In this document: piece after piece, positions 20,200 to 31,364 of the stretch
Numbering within the stretch: the stretch's first letter is position 1
Layout of the letters: every line of letters begins with the position of its first letter
Assembly (NCBI GenBank): GCA_027031495.1
Contig: JALVQA010000004.1
Coordinates: 120,070-184,069 of the forward strand
DNA length: 64,000 nt
Reading direction: 5' to 3'
Origin: Candidatus Moraniibacteriota bacterium
Lineage (GTDB): Bacteria; Patescibacteriota; Minisyncoccia; Moranbacterales; GCA-2747515
Program-made: the position numbers and the translations under genes
Notes under the pieces: model-generated
The model's input: only the letters and a program-made list of their open reading frames with translations
What the model was told of the DNA's origin: nothing
The model's database searches: none

Positions 20200-20763
20200 T
20201 TATTCTTTACCAGCGTAAGTACCTTTATCAGTGTTGACAATAATGCGATCGCCAACGGAAATAAAAAGAGGTGTCGTGATTTTTGCGCCGGTACGTACAG
20301 TAACGACTTTGTCGCCGCCGGCGCTTGTATTACCCTTGATTGATGGCGGCGCTTCAATAACTTCCAGTGCTACCTTCACGGGAAGGCGGAGATCAATAGG
20401 TTGGCCATTAAATACCATAAGAGTCACTTCAAGACCTTCTGTGAGAAATTTTGCTGCGTCGGCAACAATATCCGCATCAAGTGTGAACTGTTCGTAGGAA
20501 TTCATATCCATAAAGGTGTATGTATCACCGTCTTTATAAAGATATTGTGCTTTTTGCGTATCAATATGTGCCTCTTTAACTTTGTCAGCACCTTGAAATG
20601 TTTTATCAAAGACAGCACCTGTGATGAGGTTTTTCAATTTTGTGCGCATAACAGCACCCATGCGTCCGATCTTTGAGTGCTCGTTGGACATAACCTTGTG
20701 TGGCTCATTATCAATGATAATAATCTTACCGGCTTTGATATCACTTAGTGAAAGCATAGGCAT
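20200..20763 (-). CDS. efp: Elongation factor P
   Basis: KIGRMGA loop, QYLY, FMD..SYEQ, KGNTS, P.FI..GD. Confidence 0.95.
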   Translation of the reverse strand: MPMLSLSDIKAGKIIIIDNEPHKVMSNEHSKIGRMGAVMRTKLKNLITGAVFDKTFQGADKVKEAHIDTQKAQYLYKDGDTYTFMDMNSYEQFTLDADIVADAAKFLTEGLEVTLMVFNGQPIDLRLPVKVALEVIEAPPSIKGNTSAGGDKVVTVRTGAKITTPLFISVGDRIIVNTDKGTYAGKE

Positions 20764-20820
20764 ACTTAAATATTAGAATATGAATAAAACCCGCCCTTGT
20801 GAAGGTGCGGGTTTATTTTT

Positions 20821-21024
20821 TTACTTCACGACGTATGGGAGGAGACCCATGTAGCGTGCACGCTTAATGGCTTTTGCGATCTTTCTTTGACATGATGCGC
20901 TAACATTATAGCGCTTTGGCGGATAAATTTTTCCTTGTGAGTTTAGGAAGCGTCGCAAAAAAGCAACATCTTTGTAGTCGATAACGTCGATTTTCTTTCC
21001 ACCAATAATACAAGGTTTTTTCAT
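20821..21024 (-). CDS. rpsR: 30S ribosomal protein S18
   Basis: IDYKD...L..GKI...QR.IA.AIKRAR..GLLPY. Confidence 0.96.
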   Translation of the reverse strand: MKKPCIIGGKKIDVIDYKDVAFLRRFLNSQGKIYPPKRYNVSASCQRKIAKAIKRARYMGLLPYVVK

Positions 21025-21067
21025 AGGTTTCTTGTTATACTAATTACAGTAGGAATAGTGTAGAGTT

Positions 21068-21562
21068 CTAAAACGGTACATCTTCAATGTTGATATCATC
21101 TACATCATCAAGATTAATCGTCGGGATATCATCCGCTTTCTGTTGCGTGGTTTTCGTTGGTGTGATAGCGGTATTTTGTGTCGATTGAGGTGCAGTAGCT
21201 TGCTGTGTAGAGCGTCCTCCGTAATTTGTGCCTTGCGGCTTTGCACCCATTTGCATATTTTCTGCAATAATTTCAGTGACATAACGATCAGATCCGTCCT
21301 TTGCCTGATACTTACGCGTCTGGAGACGACCTTCAAAATATGCCTCTTGACCTTTTACAAGATACTGTCCGGCAATTTCACCAAGCTTTCCCCACAGAAC
21401 GATATTATGGTACTCTGACTGCTCCTGTTTTTGACCATTTTTATCTGTCCAATTGCGGTTTGTTGCAAGGCTAATACTTGTGACGGTCTGGCCGCTCTGT
21501 GTCGTGCGCACTTCAGGATCGCGCGTGAGACGTCCGATGAGTTGTACTTTATTGAGATTCAT
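21068..21562 (-). CDS. ssb: Single-stranded DNA-binding protein
   Basis: MNLNKVQLIGRLTRDPE, EGRLQTR, C-terminal DVPF. Confidence 0.97.
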   Translation of the reverse strand: MNLNKVQLIGRLTRDPEVRTTQSGQTVTSISLATNRNWTDKNGQKQEQSEYHNIVLWGKLGEIAGQYLVKGQEAYFEGRLQTRKYQAKDGSDRYVTEIIAENMQMGAKPQGTNYGGRSTQQATAPQSTQNTAITPTKTTQQKADDIPTINLDDVDDINIEDVPF

Positions 21563-21645
21563 AATGTTGTATTTGTTGTTGTAGTGAGTTAGCATCATTT
21601 GTGCATGTCGTACCAGGTACGTTTTTTATGGTGGCGTTGTTACCG

Positions 21646-22101
21646 TTAGATATGCAGCGCCTCGTCAACTTGTTTGTCAAGCACTTCACTGGAGACATTT
21701 GCATTTTCTCGCAATTCTCGCTCTTGTTGTTTCTTGATGCGTAGTGCTACTTTTTCTTCCTTTGTCATGAGAGGTGGCAAGTCTTCTGCTTTAACAATTA
21801 ATGCGCGAAGAATACCTGTGTGAAGCCGAAGTTCGCGGTTGATTTCAGCAATAACGTGTGGTGTATACTCAATACCTTGCTCTTCGCACTCATCACGATC
21901 AGGGAGTGTGAAGCGTTGAGCTACGTAAAGGCCGTTACGCTCATGTTTAATTTCATACGCAAGACGATGTTCTTCTGTAACTTGTTTATCAAGCCATGTG
22001 CCGCCGTATTTTTCGACGATAGCATGAACATCGTCGTTAATTTTTTTGAAGTCACCCTTGCGTGATTCGCCGATGAGATAGAGAAGTTCGTATTCTTTCA
22101 T
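21646..22101 (-). CDS. rpsF: 30S ribosomal protein S6
   Basis: MKEYELLY, RLAYEIK, ILR; rpsF-ssb-rpsR synteny. Confidence 0.92.
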   Translation of the reverse strand: MKEYELLYLIGESRKGDFKKINDDVHAIVEKYGGTWLDKQVTEEHRLAYEIKHERNGLYVAQRFTLPDRDECEEQGIEYTPHVIAEINRELRLHTGILRALIVKAEDLPPLMTKEEKVALRIKKQQERELRENANVSSEVLDKQVDEALHI

Positions 22102-22308
22102 AGAAAATGTGTTAAAAATGGATTAAAAAAACACGCAAACAACGTCCACGTGCAAAAACTACTCCGTTTCTGTTAAAGATAACAAAAACGAACAATCACA
22201 TCCAATCTTGCGTAGCCACAAGCGGGATGTATTATGGACTTTGCTTGTTTGTATAAAACTCTAGCACACTATGGACGTTTTGGCAATAGGGCTGTATGAT
22301 GAAGTGAT

Positions 22309-23823
22309 ATGAAAAGGAAAAGGAAGTGGCATCTTACTGCCGCACAACAGCCTATTCGTAATTTTGTTCATACACTTGAAGAGACGCCGATATCTCTCAG
22401 TGGTTTTTTTGTTGCATTCACAACGATTATTATTGTGCGCATGATGGAGCAGCAATGGCTGGATGGCTTCCCGCACTATAGTGCACAGGGACAATTTTTT
22501 GAGTTTGCGCAAACTTTTCTTTTCTTCTTATTTTCCATGATTCTTTTCATGTTTCTTTTCTATGGCATAGTACGTGTGCGTCCTGAAAAGTCTGCCAATG
22601 TTCTTCTGGTCGGTTTTTTAATTATGCTTTTCCCTCCGCTTTTTGACACACTGCGTTTTGGTATTTTTTGGAGCTACTACGAGTTTGGGGGTATCAATGA
22701 CATGCTCCGTGCTTTGTGGACAGTTTTTGCGACAACGCCAAGTATGGGTGTGACAGACGGTAATCGTATAGAAATTGTTTTATCTGCAATCGTCCTCGGT
22801 TTTTACGCTTATATGCACACAAAAAGTCGTTTGCGTGGCATATATATGGCATGTGCCACGTATCTTATTCTTTTTGTGCTTGCATCATTGCCATCATGGA
22901 TTGCAATTATGGTTTATGGGTGGCAGCATGGTTTTTCTGCAGTTAGTGGCGTGCACGTTGCACAAATGTTTTTGTCACCAAACCCGGTGCTCGTACGTGA
23001 TATCAAAGATATAAATATCGTGCTTCATTTACACATGAGCATCATATACGCATTAGGAGTTGGTGTGAGTGGCATCCTTTTGACACGTACATTTTTTGGT
23101 AATGTTTGGCGTATTATCAAGCGTGCTTTTATGCATTATGACAACATGGTGGCGCTTACCTTCTTTGGTGGTGGCATTGGCATGGTCTTTATCTTCGGTT
23201 TGCAGTCATTGTCTCTTTTTTCTCTCAGTTTTTTTGCAATCCCTGCGCTGCTTCTTCTTGTTGTAGCTGTGTTTTCTCTCAGTGCCGGTAGCGTGCTCTT
23301 ATATAAACATATTGACAAAAATGGCAGCGGGCGTGTTGTTGCTATCCCTGTACTTATTTATGCACTTTTTTCTGGCACAATTGTTAACAATTTCATTGGC
23401 GTGCTCATGCTTGGAATAATAGCAGTTACGCTTATTGGCACTCTAAGGCCATTTGAGTTTTATAGGTATATTGCCATACACTCTCTTCTTTATAGCGTGC
23501 GCAATATACTGTTTTACATGATTGGTATAGCGGCAGTATTTGATAATACTGATACAGTGCTGACTGGATGGCGCTTTCTTGTTTTTATCGCACTACTTTC
23601 CATTGGTCTTATACTTACGATAAGAATGCGTCCATCACGAAAATTCTTTGGTATACCGCTATATTATATTCTTTCATTGTATTGGTTCTTTCTTATGCTA
23701 TCATCTCTTGTATTTTTTAATATTTTTGCATATAAGTGGTTTATTTTATGTGTTGCATTCTGCCTCTCTTATGCTTTATATGCATGGGGACAGGGTGTTT
23801 GTGCGCGAAAATATGGCGTATAG
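22309..23823 (+). CDS. Polytopic membrane protein, function unknown
   Basis: 504-aa ORF dominated by hydrophobic helices. Confidence 0.7.
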   Translation: MKRKRKWHLTAAQQPIRNFVHTLEETPISLSGFFVAFTTIIIVRMMEQQWLDGFPHYSAQGQFFEFAQTFLFFLFSMILFMFLFYGIVRVRPEKSANVLLVGFLIMLFPPLFDTLRFGIFWSYYEFGGINDMLRALWTVFATTPSMGVTDGNRIEIVLSAIVLGFYAYMHTKSRLRGIYMACATYLILFVLASLPSWIAIMVYGWQHGFSAVSGVHVAQMFLSPNPVLVRDIKDINIVLHLHMSIIYALGVGVSGILLTRTFFGNVWRIIKRAFMHYDNMVALTFFGGGIGMVFIFGLQSLSLFSLSFFAIPALLLLVVAVFSLSAGSVLLYKHIDKNGSGRVVAIPVLIYALFSGTIVNNFIGVLMLGIIAVTLIGTLRPFEFYRYIAIHSLLYSVRNILFYMIGIAAVFDNTDTVLTGWRFLVFIALLSIGLILTIRMRPSRKFFGIPLYYILSLYWFFLMLSSLVFFNIFAYKWFILCVAFCLSYALYAWGQGVCARKYGV

Positions 23824-23890
23824 ATTATTTTATGGACGCTTTTTGTGAAACATGGTACTATGGAAGGGGATTTTTTATCTATATAGAGAA

Positions 23891-24847
23891 ATGAAAAAGT
23901 ATCGCACATTGCTGTTAATGAGTACTCTTGTTGTTGTTGGCGGTTTTTCCTTTGTTTTTGCTGCACAGGAGCACCGCACGTCGACTTTGTCGCTAGCGGC
24001 TGATCGTGATCAAGATGGGTTAAGTAATGAAGAGGAAGCACTCTATGGTACAGATCCTGACCGTCGTGATACGGATAATGATGGGTATTCCGATGGTGTT
24101 GAGGTGCGTAGCGGTTATGATCCACTTGTGCCAGCGTCTGAAGGAGATCGTCTCATCGGTATTGATGGCAATGTCGCACAATCTATTAGTGGAGAGGATA
24201 TTGCGCAAGCACGCCATCTAACAAATGAATTGCGTACGCGTGTTGCCGGTATTGCTTTTGATGTAATGAGTGGAAAACAAGTATCGTTAGATGATATAGA
24301 TAAGGAGATGAATGATCTGCTTGAAGGTATTGACACATTTGACATGCCACCGCTAACAGTTGATGATATTCGCATCAAAAAACAGGATTATGGTGATTTG
24401 AGTGAGAATGATCGGAAGGAGCGTGTACGTAAAGATGTGCTTGATTATATAACGGCACTCTCTTATATTATTTCACTCTATGCACCACGTCCGCTTAATA
24501 CACTTGATGAAATAGATCGCTTTGCACAAGAAGTGATAGCAGAAACGGCAAAATTGGAGGATGACTATACAAATATATCCTACTTTAAGAAGATGCTTCC
24601 GCGTGGCGAAAAGATGTTGCGAGAGTTACATAATCTTGAAGTGCCAGAGGTAATGCTGCCACTTCATATGGAAGGTCTCCGACTAGCTTATGCGGCGATA
24701 TCTGTGGGGAAATCGTTTGACAATGTCTCACAGGATGATCCCGCTGGTCTTGCTGTAGCGTTTGCGAGAGCACAAGCGGTTATAAGTCTTGCTGTTGAAT
24801 TTTCTGACAAAGTTGATGAACAGTTGAGTAAATATAATATTAATTAG
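23891..24847 (+). CDS. Exported protein with TSP3-like Ca-binding repeats
   Basis: Signal/TM then DRDQDGLSNEEE..YGTDP...DTDNDGYSDG. Confidence 0.75.
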   Translation: MKKYRTLLLMSTLVVVGGFSFVFAAQEHRTSTLSLAADRDQDGLSNEEEALYGTDPDRRDTDNDGYSDGVEVRSGYDPLVPASEGDRLIGIDGNVAQSISGEDIAQARHLTNELRTRVAGIAFDVMSGKQVSLDDIDKEMNDLLEGIDTFDMPPLTVDDIRIKKQDYGDLSENDRKERVRKDVLDYITALSYIISLYAPRPLNTLDEIDRFAQEVIAETAKLEDDYTNISYFKKMLPRGEKMLRELHNLEVPEVMLPLHMEGLRLAYAAISVGKSFDNVSQDDPAGLAVAFARAQAVISLAVEFSDKVDEQLSKYNIN

Positions 24848-24878
24848 CTATGTTCTTACATAGCAACGGAGGAGAATT

Positions 24879-25781
24879 ATGTCAACACTTTCTATAAAAA
24901 AACGCGCTTTTTTAATGACAATCATGATTATGTTTGTGACGGTATTTAGTGTGCCGCATACTGCACATGCACAATCATGGGGTGATAATCCAGCATCACA
25001 GATCTTTAAGGAAATGCTTTCAAAGGCATCGGAGATTATTAAAGACATTCAGCATGCGTTTATTATTACGGTCTTGATTTATAGTATGGAGCGACAGATT
25101 AGTCACATTGTTGATAAGGCTGGTGGCTCAATTAGTGGTGTAAGTGGATGGCGCGACTATCTCAAAAAAGCTGATGATGTCGCAAAAGTAAAAACAAAAA
25201 ATGAACTTGCGCACTTAACGCGAGGAGGAGCGTTAAATCTTACACGTGATAATGGTGACAGTTTATCTAATCGCGTTTCTGATATTGCAAATAGCGCTCT
25301 CAGTGAAAAGAAATTTAGCAAAGTATCATCAACACGTGAGTTTTTGCGTGGTAATGTTAAGAATACGGTAAATCCAAATACGGGAAAGAGTAATGTAAGC
25401 AATATTGCTGCACTTACCGATATATTTAGTAATCCTCTCAATAATCTAATGGCTGGCCAGGTTGCAAAAGATATGTATGAGGAAATACGTGAGGATGAGA
25501 AAGAGGCGCTCATTCTAAAGCAGACCGGTTACGGTTACAATAGTAAGCGGCCAAGAGAAACTGCAGCAACAGTCGCATCATTGCGTCAAGAAACTGTTAG
25601 TACGGCATTGGAAGGTGTGACACCATTGACGAGGCCGATTATCTCTACAGTACTCAATCGTTTTATGAGCGGATTGAGTAGTAAGGTTGACAATGGAATG
25701 CAGAAAGTTATTAATGCAAAGAATGATCTCAGTGATTACTACAACAAAACTGGTAATTCCAAGCAATTTGAGCCACTATAG
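24879..25781 (+). CDS. Hypothetical secreted protein
   Basis: Signal peptide ending AHA; GGAGGAG SD. Confidence 0.7.
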   Translation: MSTLSIKKRAFLMTIMIMFVTVFSVPHTAHAQSWGDNPASQIFKEMLSKASEIIKDIQHAFIITVLIYSMERQISHIVDKAGGSISGVSGWRDYLKKADDVAKVKTKNELAHLTRGGALNLTRDNGDSLSNRVSDIANSALSEKKFSKVSSTREFLRGNVKNTVNPNTGKSNVSNIAALTDIFSNPLNNLMAGQVAKDMYEEIREDEKEALILKQTGYGYNSKRPRETAATVASLRQETVSTALEGVTPLTRPIISTVLNRFMSGLSSKVDNGMQKVINAKNDLSDYYNKTGNSKQFEPL

Positions 25782-25813
25782 GTAATCAAAGAGAGTGGTG
25801 AGGGTGGTGGAAG

Positions 25814-25887
25814 GGGTCTGTAGCTCAGCTGGTTAGAGTGCTACATTGACATTGTAGAGGTCCCCGGTTCGAGTCCGGGCAGACCCA
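25814..25887 (+). tRNA. tRNA-Val(GAC)
   Basis: GGGTCTG/CAGACCC acceptor stem, anticodon loop TTGACAT, TTCGAGT T-loop; no CCA. Confidence 0.95.
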
Positions 25888-25894
25888 CGTTACA

Positions 25895-25927
25895 ATAAAA
25901 AAACCATTCACATGAATGGTTTTTTAT
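25895..25927. terminator. Bidirectional terminator between tRNA-Val and ftsH
   Basis: A-run-CCATTCA/TGAATGG-T-run. Confidence 0.75.
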
Positions 25928-25949
25928 AATGTCCTTTTTGTTCTGTATA

Positions 25950-27884
25950 CTACTTGATATCGTCAGGGGTGAGTTCTTTTTGTTGTGATGCCATGCTCTG
26001 CTTTTCATCTGTATTCTTTTTATTGCTATCTGTGTCAGACTGTGACTTTTTTTGCGCATATTCTTTCCCTGTCAAAATAGCTTCAAATTCCTCTTTCTCA
26101 ACAACCTCTTTTTCAAGCAATGTTTGTGCAAGTTTTTCAAGAATATCACGCTTTTGTGTAAGAATTTTTTCTGCGCGACGTTGTGCTTCCTTGATATATT
26201 GCGAAACTTTTTTATCAATTTCGTCTGCTGTACGGTCTGAGTAATCACGTTCTTCTGTGAAATCACGTCCAAGAAAGACCATCTCTTCTTTCTTTCCAAA
26301 CGTGCGTGCACCAAGATCGCTCATACCGTAGCGCGTAATCATGTTACGTGCCATGTGTGTTGCACGTTCAAGATCGTTTGATGGGCCTGTCGTCACGTCA
26401 CCGAATACAAGACGCTCCGCTGTATAGCCGCCAAGGAGGACAGAGAGTTCGTCAAGAAAATACTTTGATGAACGAAGTGTTTTGTCCTTTTCTGGTACGA
26501 GAAGTGTATACCCGCCGGCACTACCACGTGAGATAATTGATACTTTATGAACAGGATCGGCATGTTTTAGACTTGCACCAACAATGGCATGCCCACTTTC
26601 ATGATATGCAACAATCTTTGTTTCTTCTTCGTCCATACGACGACTTTTGCGCGCCGGACCCATCACCACTTTCTCAATTGCTTCTGTAATATCCTCCATT
26701 GTAATGACTTTACGATTGGCGCGTGCTGCAAGGATAGCGGCTTCATTCATGAGGTTTGCGAGATCAGCACCACTGAACCCGACAGTTCGTTGCGCAAGTC
26801 TTTCTATATTAACATCATTAGCGAGCGGTTTGTTTTTTGAGTGAATCTTTATGATTGCAGTGCGTCCTTTAATATCAGGCAAGTCTATTGTGACGCGACG
26901 ATCAAAGCGACCTGGACGCAAGAGTGCAGGATCGAGTACGTCTGGACGGTTTGTTGCGGCAATGACAATGACATTTGTATCTGACTCAAATCCATCCATT
27001 TCAACAAGAATTTGATTGAGTGTTTGTTCGCGCTCATCGTGGCCGCCACCGAGACCAGCGCCGCGCTGTCGACCTACAGCATCAATTTCATCGATAAATA
27101 TAATTGATGGTGCGTGCTTTTTTGCCTGTTTAAAAAGGTCGCGCACACGACTTGCGCCAACGCCGACAAACATTTCAACAAACTCACTACCGCTGATTGT
27201 GAAGAAGGGCACACCTGCTTCGCCGGCGACAGCTTTTGCAATTAACGTTTTACCTGTACCAGGAGGGCCGAGAAGAAGAACACCTTTCGGGATTTTAGCG
27301 CCAATTGCCGTAAATTTTTTCGGAAATTTAAGAAAGTCAACAACTTCGGAAAGCTCTTCTTTCGCTTCTTCATTCCCGGCTACGTCTTTAAAAAGTACGC
27401 GATTCTTCTTGTTTTTTGGGTCAAGCATGCGCGCGCGACTATTGCCGAATGAGAGTGCTTGTGCATTACCGCGTGTTGCACTCTTCATCATGAAAAACAA
27501 AAAGCCAATCACGATAAGAACAGGAATAAGAAAGGGTACGATGGAAAAGATGAAAATTTTTGCCGGACTATCTTTTTTGATTGTAAGGTCAATAGCTGCA
27601 AGTTTTTCGCGATCAACATTATAATTTGCAAGCGTTTCAGAAAGAGATGCGCCATCTTCTTTTATAGTTTTCTGCTTTGTTTTCTCCTTATCATTGAGCG
27701 TAATTGTAACAACGTTATCTTCAATGACAATGTTCTTTACTTTACCATCATTGATTTCCTGTACAAGGCGATTGAGACCAATCTCTTCTGGTGTTTTTTC
27801 TGGGGCACTATAGAGAAGAATTGTACCAGCAACAAAAAGAAAGAGAAAGAGAAAGTACGTTATTTTCTGGGAGAAATTTTTCAT
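25950..27884 (-). CDS. ftsH: ATP-dependent zinc metalloprotease FtsH
   Basis: Two TMs, [29 protein letters not shown]. Confidence 0.98.
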   Translation of the reverse strand: MKNFSQKITYFLFLFLFVAGTILLYSAPEKTPEEIGLNRLVQEINDGKVKNIVIEDNVVTITLNDKEKTKQKTIKEDGASLSETLANYNVDREKLAAIDLTIKKDSPAKIFIFSIVPFLIPVLIVIGFLFFMMKSATRGNAQALSFGNSRARMLDPKNKKNRVLFKDVAGNEEAKEELSEVVDFLKFPKKFTAIGAKIPKGVLLLGPPGTGKTLIAKAVAGEAGVPFFTISGSEFVEMFVGVGASRVRDLFKQAKKHAPSIIFIDEIDAVGRQRGAGLGGGHDEREQTLNQILVEMDGFESDTNVIVIAATNRPDVLDPALLRPGRFDRRVTIDLPDIKGRTAIIKIHSKNKPLANDVNIERLAQRTVGFSGADLANLMNEAAILAARANRKVITMEDITEAIEKVVMGPARKSRRMDEEETKIVAYHESGHAIVGASLKHADPVHKVSIISRGSAGGYTLLVPEKDKTLRSSKYFLDELSVLLGGYTAERLVFGDVTTGPSNDLERATHMARNMITRYGMSDLGARTFGKKEEMVFLGRDFTEERDYSDRTADEIDKKVSQYIKEAQRRAEKILTQKRDILEKLAQTLLEKEVVEKEEFEAILTGKEYAQKKSQSDTDSNKKNTDEKQSMASQQKELTPDDIK

Positions 27885-27968
27885 GATCTTGTGTTAATTT
27901 TTTTATACAACAAGTTTTTGGAATTATGCAAACAAGAGTTACTGCCGTGCATATAAAAGCGCATAGAT

Positions 27969-28925
27969 CTATGTATGCGCTCTCATGCTTACTGTACCAC
28001 CATTTTTTGTCAGAATCAAGGTGTGTGTGCGCATTTTTTGCGTTTTATTCTTTGTGCTCATAATAAGCGTGCGCCATTGTTCAATTATTTCGGATGATGG
28101 ATATGTGTGCGTGAGCATGTGTGCAAAATAACGCAATGTCATGCGCTGTAGTGATGTTGTTTGTGCAGAAAACGACGTGCTATCAAATGTAATGGTATTT
28201 TTATTCCGTGTGTATTGAATGATATTTTTTTGTGTGTGTCGCAGAAGCTCAGCATAATCGTCGCTAATATGTCGTGCTGTGCGCGCAAGTGTGGTAAGAA
28301 TGTTCGGATTATATCTCTTTTGTAGATGTGGCAGAAGATCGTGGCGAATGCGATTGCGTAGGTAGCGTATATCTGTGTTTGTTGTATCAGTGCCGTATGT
28401 GATGTTGTGTTGTGTGCAATAGCATTCAATATCAGCGCGTGTGCAATCAAGGAGTGGGCGTACAATTGTATCGCGCTTATAAGAAAGTGCCGAGAGTCCA
28501 ACAAGGCCGCTGCCGCGAATAAGGCGAATGAGCAACGTCTCAACAAGATCATTCAGTGTGTGACCGACAACAATAAAGTCAGCTTTTTGAGTAACACGCA
28601 CATCCTCAAAAAAAGCATAGCGGACATTACGCATCCATGCTTCATTCGTTGGGTGACGTGTATGAGAGAAGTCTTTTATGATAACGGGAATGCCATATGT
28701 GTGCGCAGCGTTTTCTACAATAGTGCGGTCACGTTGTGCGTCAGATCCACGAATGCCATAATGAACATGTGCGATGGTAAGCGTGTAGTGTCGTTTTTTA
28801 CAAAGACGGTACAAGATATCAAGAAGTGTCATTGAGTCTGGACCGCCGGAAACGCCGACAACAATACCTGCCTTATGCGGTAAGAGATTGTGTGTATGAA
28901 TTGTTTCAAGAACACGTTTATACAT
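27969..28925 (-). CDS. tilS: tRNA(Ile)-lysidine synthetase
   Basis: SGGPDS PP-loop, R..RY, RPLL, RNRIR. Confidence 0.95.
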   Translation of the reverse strand: MYKRVLETIHTHNLLPHKAGIVVGVSGGPDSMTLLDILYRLCKKRHYTLTIAHVHYGIRGSDAQRDRTIVENAAHTYGIPVIIKDFSHTRHPTNEAWMRNVRYAFFEDVRVTQKADFIVVGHTLNDLVETLLIRLIRGSGLVGLSALSYKRDTIVRPLLDCTRADIECYCTQHNITYGTDTTNTDIRYLRNRIRHDLLPHLQKRYNPNILTTLARTARHISDDYAELLRHTQKNIIQYTRNKNTITFDSTSFSAQTTSLQRMTLRYFAHMLTHTYPSSEIIEQWRTLIMSTKNKTQKMRTHTLILTKNGGTVSMRAHT

Positions 28926-28961
28926 AAAATATGTGGAAAATGTTTTGTTGCGCCACTCCTT

Positions 28962-29534
28962 TTATGAGGAGATGAGAGTAACATCGCGATCCTTAAACGT
29001 TTTGAAGCGCTCAGGATGCTCTGTAATTTGTTTGATAACTGTGTCGGCAAGCTCTTTTGGTGAAGCGTGTTCTGAATTGAGAAATATATTGTATTGCGAT
29101 GGATCACCGATGGTGATGCCATAGTATTTCTTGTAGCGCTCAGCATTGTTTTTGTCGCGAAAGGCAAGATTTTGCATCGCTTCTTCCAGCGTTGTTTTGT
29201 CGCGCTTGACAATGCGCTGTGCACGTACGGCAAGTGGACAATCAAGATAAATGCGCACTTGGCAGTGGCAAAAGAATGCTGTAAGACGACCATCGAAGAC
29301 AGTATTGTCTTTTTTAAGGGAGTATGCACGCATACGTCGATCAATCTCGACATCAAAACGTGGGTCTTTGCGGGCAATTTTTTGAAATTCTTCCAATGTC
29401 ATGCCGGCTTCTTTGGCCATCGTACGCAAGATAAAACCACCTGAGTACGGTCCGTCCATAGAAAGACGCTCAACAATGTTTTGTGCGAGCGTGCCTTTAC
29501 CACTGCCCGATGTTCCGTCAATTGCAATGTTCAT
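28962..29534 (-). CDS. cmk: Cytidylate kinase, archaeal-type family
   Basis: GTSGSGKGT, G...R.MAKE.GM, DGRL, RY..YYGI. Confidence 0.85.
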   Translation of the reverse strand: MNIAIDGTSGSGKGTLAQNIVERLSMDGPYSGGFILRTMAKEAGMTLEEFQKIARKDPRFDVEIDRRMRAYSLKKDNTVFDGRLTAFFCHCQVRIYLDCPLAVRAQRIVKRDKTTLEEAMQNLAFRDKNNAERYKKYYGITIGDPSQYNIFLNSEHASPKELADTVIKQITEHPERFKTFKDRDVTLISS

Positions 29535-29611
29535 AAAATACTCTTTTAATTTTATTCTCAAGACAAAGTAAATCAAAACGTCCACAGTGAGGTGCGGACG
29601 TTTTGATGGCA

Positions 29612-30928
29612 TTACTTAGTTGACTTCTCTTTGGTGTCTTTTACAGATCTTTCTTTCTCCGCTTTTTCAAGAACGTCCTTTGTCTGTAAAAGGAGGCCCA
29701 TGCGGTGACTCTTCGGCTCAATTGAAAGGATTTTCCATTTATAGGTATTTCCAACGCCAATCATTTCTTCAAATTTTTTGCCGGGGTAGAGTTCGCGGAA
29801 TTCACTAACGTGTGCAAGACCATGAATATCGTTATCAAGATAAACGAACGCACCAAAGTGATTAATTTTATCAACTTTTCCTTCCACGATATCTCCGACT
29901 TTGTAACGCTCCGTGACAGTTTCCCACGGATCGCGAGCTAATGCTTTCATAGAGAGGGAAATGCGTGTATCGTCAATGCCGATAACCTTTGCTTTTACAG
30001 TGTCGCCGGTTTTTACGATGTCGCGCGGATCATCAATGAGTTGCCATGCCAATTCTGAGATATGTACAAGACCTTCAAGACATGGTCCCTTGTTTTGCGC
30101 ACCTTCTGTTGTTGGTGGAAAGAACTTTACGAAAGCACCGAATTTGACAACACCACTTACTTCACCATCTACCACATCGCCAACCTTTAGTGTAGCAAGT
30201 GCTTCGCGCTCCTTTTCGCTACCGGCAGCTTTCTCGCTGACAATCAACTTCTCTTCATCGCGATTGGCATCCAAGATGACAACGGTTAACTCTCTACCAA
30301 CAAGTTGTTTGAGCATTTCAAGGATTTTTGTCTTATCACCATCCTCTACGCGTGGGTAGTGCTCGCTGGAAAGCTGTGATACTGGTAGGAAGCCACTAAT
30401 GCCGTTAACTTCAACGATGAGACCTCCTTTGTTAGCATCAAGAATTTTTGTCTTGATCGTTTCTTTGTTCTTCGCTTTTTCTTCAAGATCGTTCCATGCT
30501 TTGTCATATGATGCCTCGCGAATGGAAAGTTCTATGTAACCGTCATCCGTCTCTGGATCAATAACGGTTGCATTAACTATATCGCCAATAGCGAGCTTTT
30601 TTGATGACATGCCGTCTTTTGCTTCACGTCCAATAACAATACCTGTGCCGAAAACACCAAGATCAAGATAAACAGTGTTTGGCGCAATGCCAATGACGGT
30701 GCCACGCACTACGTCACCAAGCTGTAGTGGTTCTGGTGATTTTTCCAGGAGCTGTTCCATGGCACTATTATGTGCCGCACTTTCTTTTGATGCCGTATTA
30801 CCTTGTTTTTGCTCCGCATCTTCTTCCTTTCTTTTTGTAGTATCAGATGCTGTTTGCGAAGACGATGCTGGTTGCGCTGTTACTTCGTCAACGATAGAGT
30901 CAAAGAGTTTATCTTCTTGTGTTGCCAT
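29612..30928 (-). CDS. rpsA: 30S ribosomal protein S1 (four S1 domains)
   Basis: GFLPVSQL, FGAFV, EGLVHISEL, GLAHVSE repeats. Confidence 0.93.
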   Translation of the reverse strand: MATQEDKLFDSIVDEVTAQPASSSQTASDTTKRKEEDAEQKQGNTASKESAAHNSAMEQLLEKSPEPLQLGDVVRGTVIGIAPNTVYLDLGVFGTGIVIGREAKDGMSSKKLAIGDIVNATVIDPETDDGYIELSIREASYDKAWNDLEEKAKNKETIKTKILDANKGGLIVEVNGISGFLPVSQLSSEHYPRVEDGDKTKILEMLKQLVGRELTVVILDANRDEEKLIVSEKAAGSEKEREALATLKVGDVVDGEVSGVVKFGAFVKFFPPTTEGAQNKGPCLEGLVHISELAWQLIDDPRDIVKTGDTVKAKVIGIDDTRISLSMKALARDPWETVTERYKVGDIVEGKVDKINHFGAFVYLDNDIHGLAHVSEFRELYPGKKFEEMIGVGNTYKWKILSIEPKSHRMGLLLQTKDVLEKAEKERSVKDTKEKSTK

Positions 30929-31185
30929 AGAAAAAAATGGTATGCGACGTGATATTTCTAAATAAAAAGCACCCGCACACAACGATAACGTGGCAGGATA
31001 TACTAACAACCGCCAACGTGTTATGTGCTGGAGCGCGACAAACATCATGTGGGATTAAAGCATCCCACGTCGCAATAATCGTTAATAATTACTTAAGTAC
31101 GTTGGGATTCTAACATACGATGGCATTTTTGACAAGTGTAAGTATTATAGCACTCTTTGGTGTGATTTAACGTTCATACACCATC

Positions 31186-31324
31186 TTTACAAAACAAAAA
31201 AAGCGTGCTATACTGCCGGTAGTTAGTAAAGGTGATGTCGCCTGCTGATTCTGTCAGGGCGGTTATCACGACGAAAAGGGTGAATTGTGTTTTCCGCGCG
31301 GAGAACCGGTTCGCCCTTTTTTTT
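31186..31324 (+). promoter_or_regulatory. Promoter plus structured leader ending in an intrinsic terminator
   Basis: TTTACA-17-TATACT (31186-31214); hairpin 31232-31269; hairpin 31274-31316 followed by T8. Confidence 0.6.
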
Positions 31325-31364
31325 ATAAAAATCTTGTGAAAAATAAAGAGTGGTTCGCAAAAAT

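Noticed and set aside
31230-31270. Fluoride riboswitch (GGTGATG...CGCC)
   Set aside because: Loop too short for the pseudoknot consensus and no fluoride-related gene downstream
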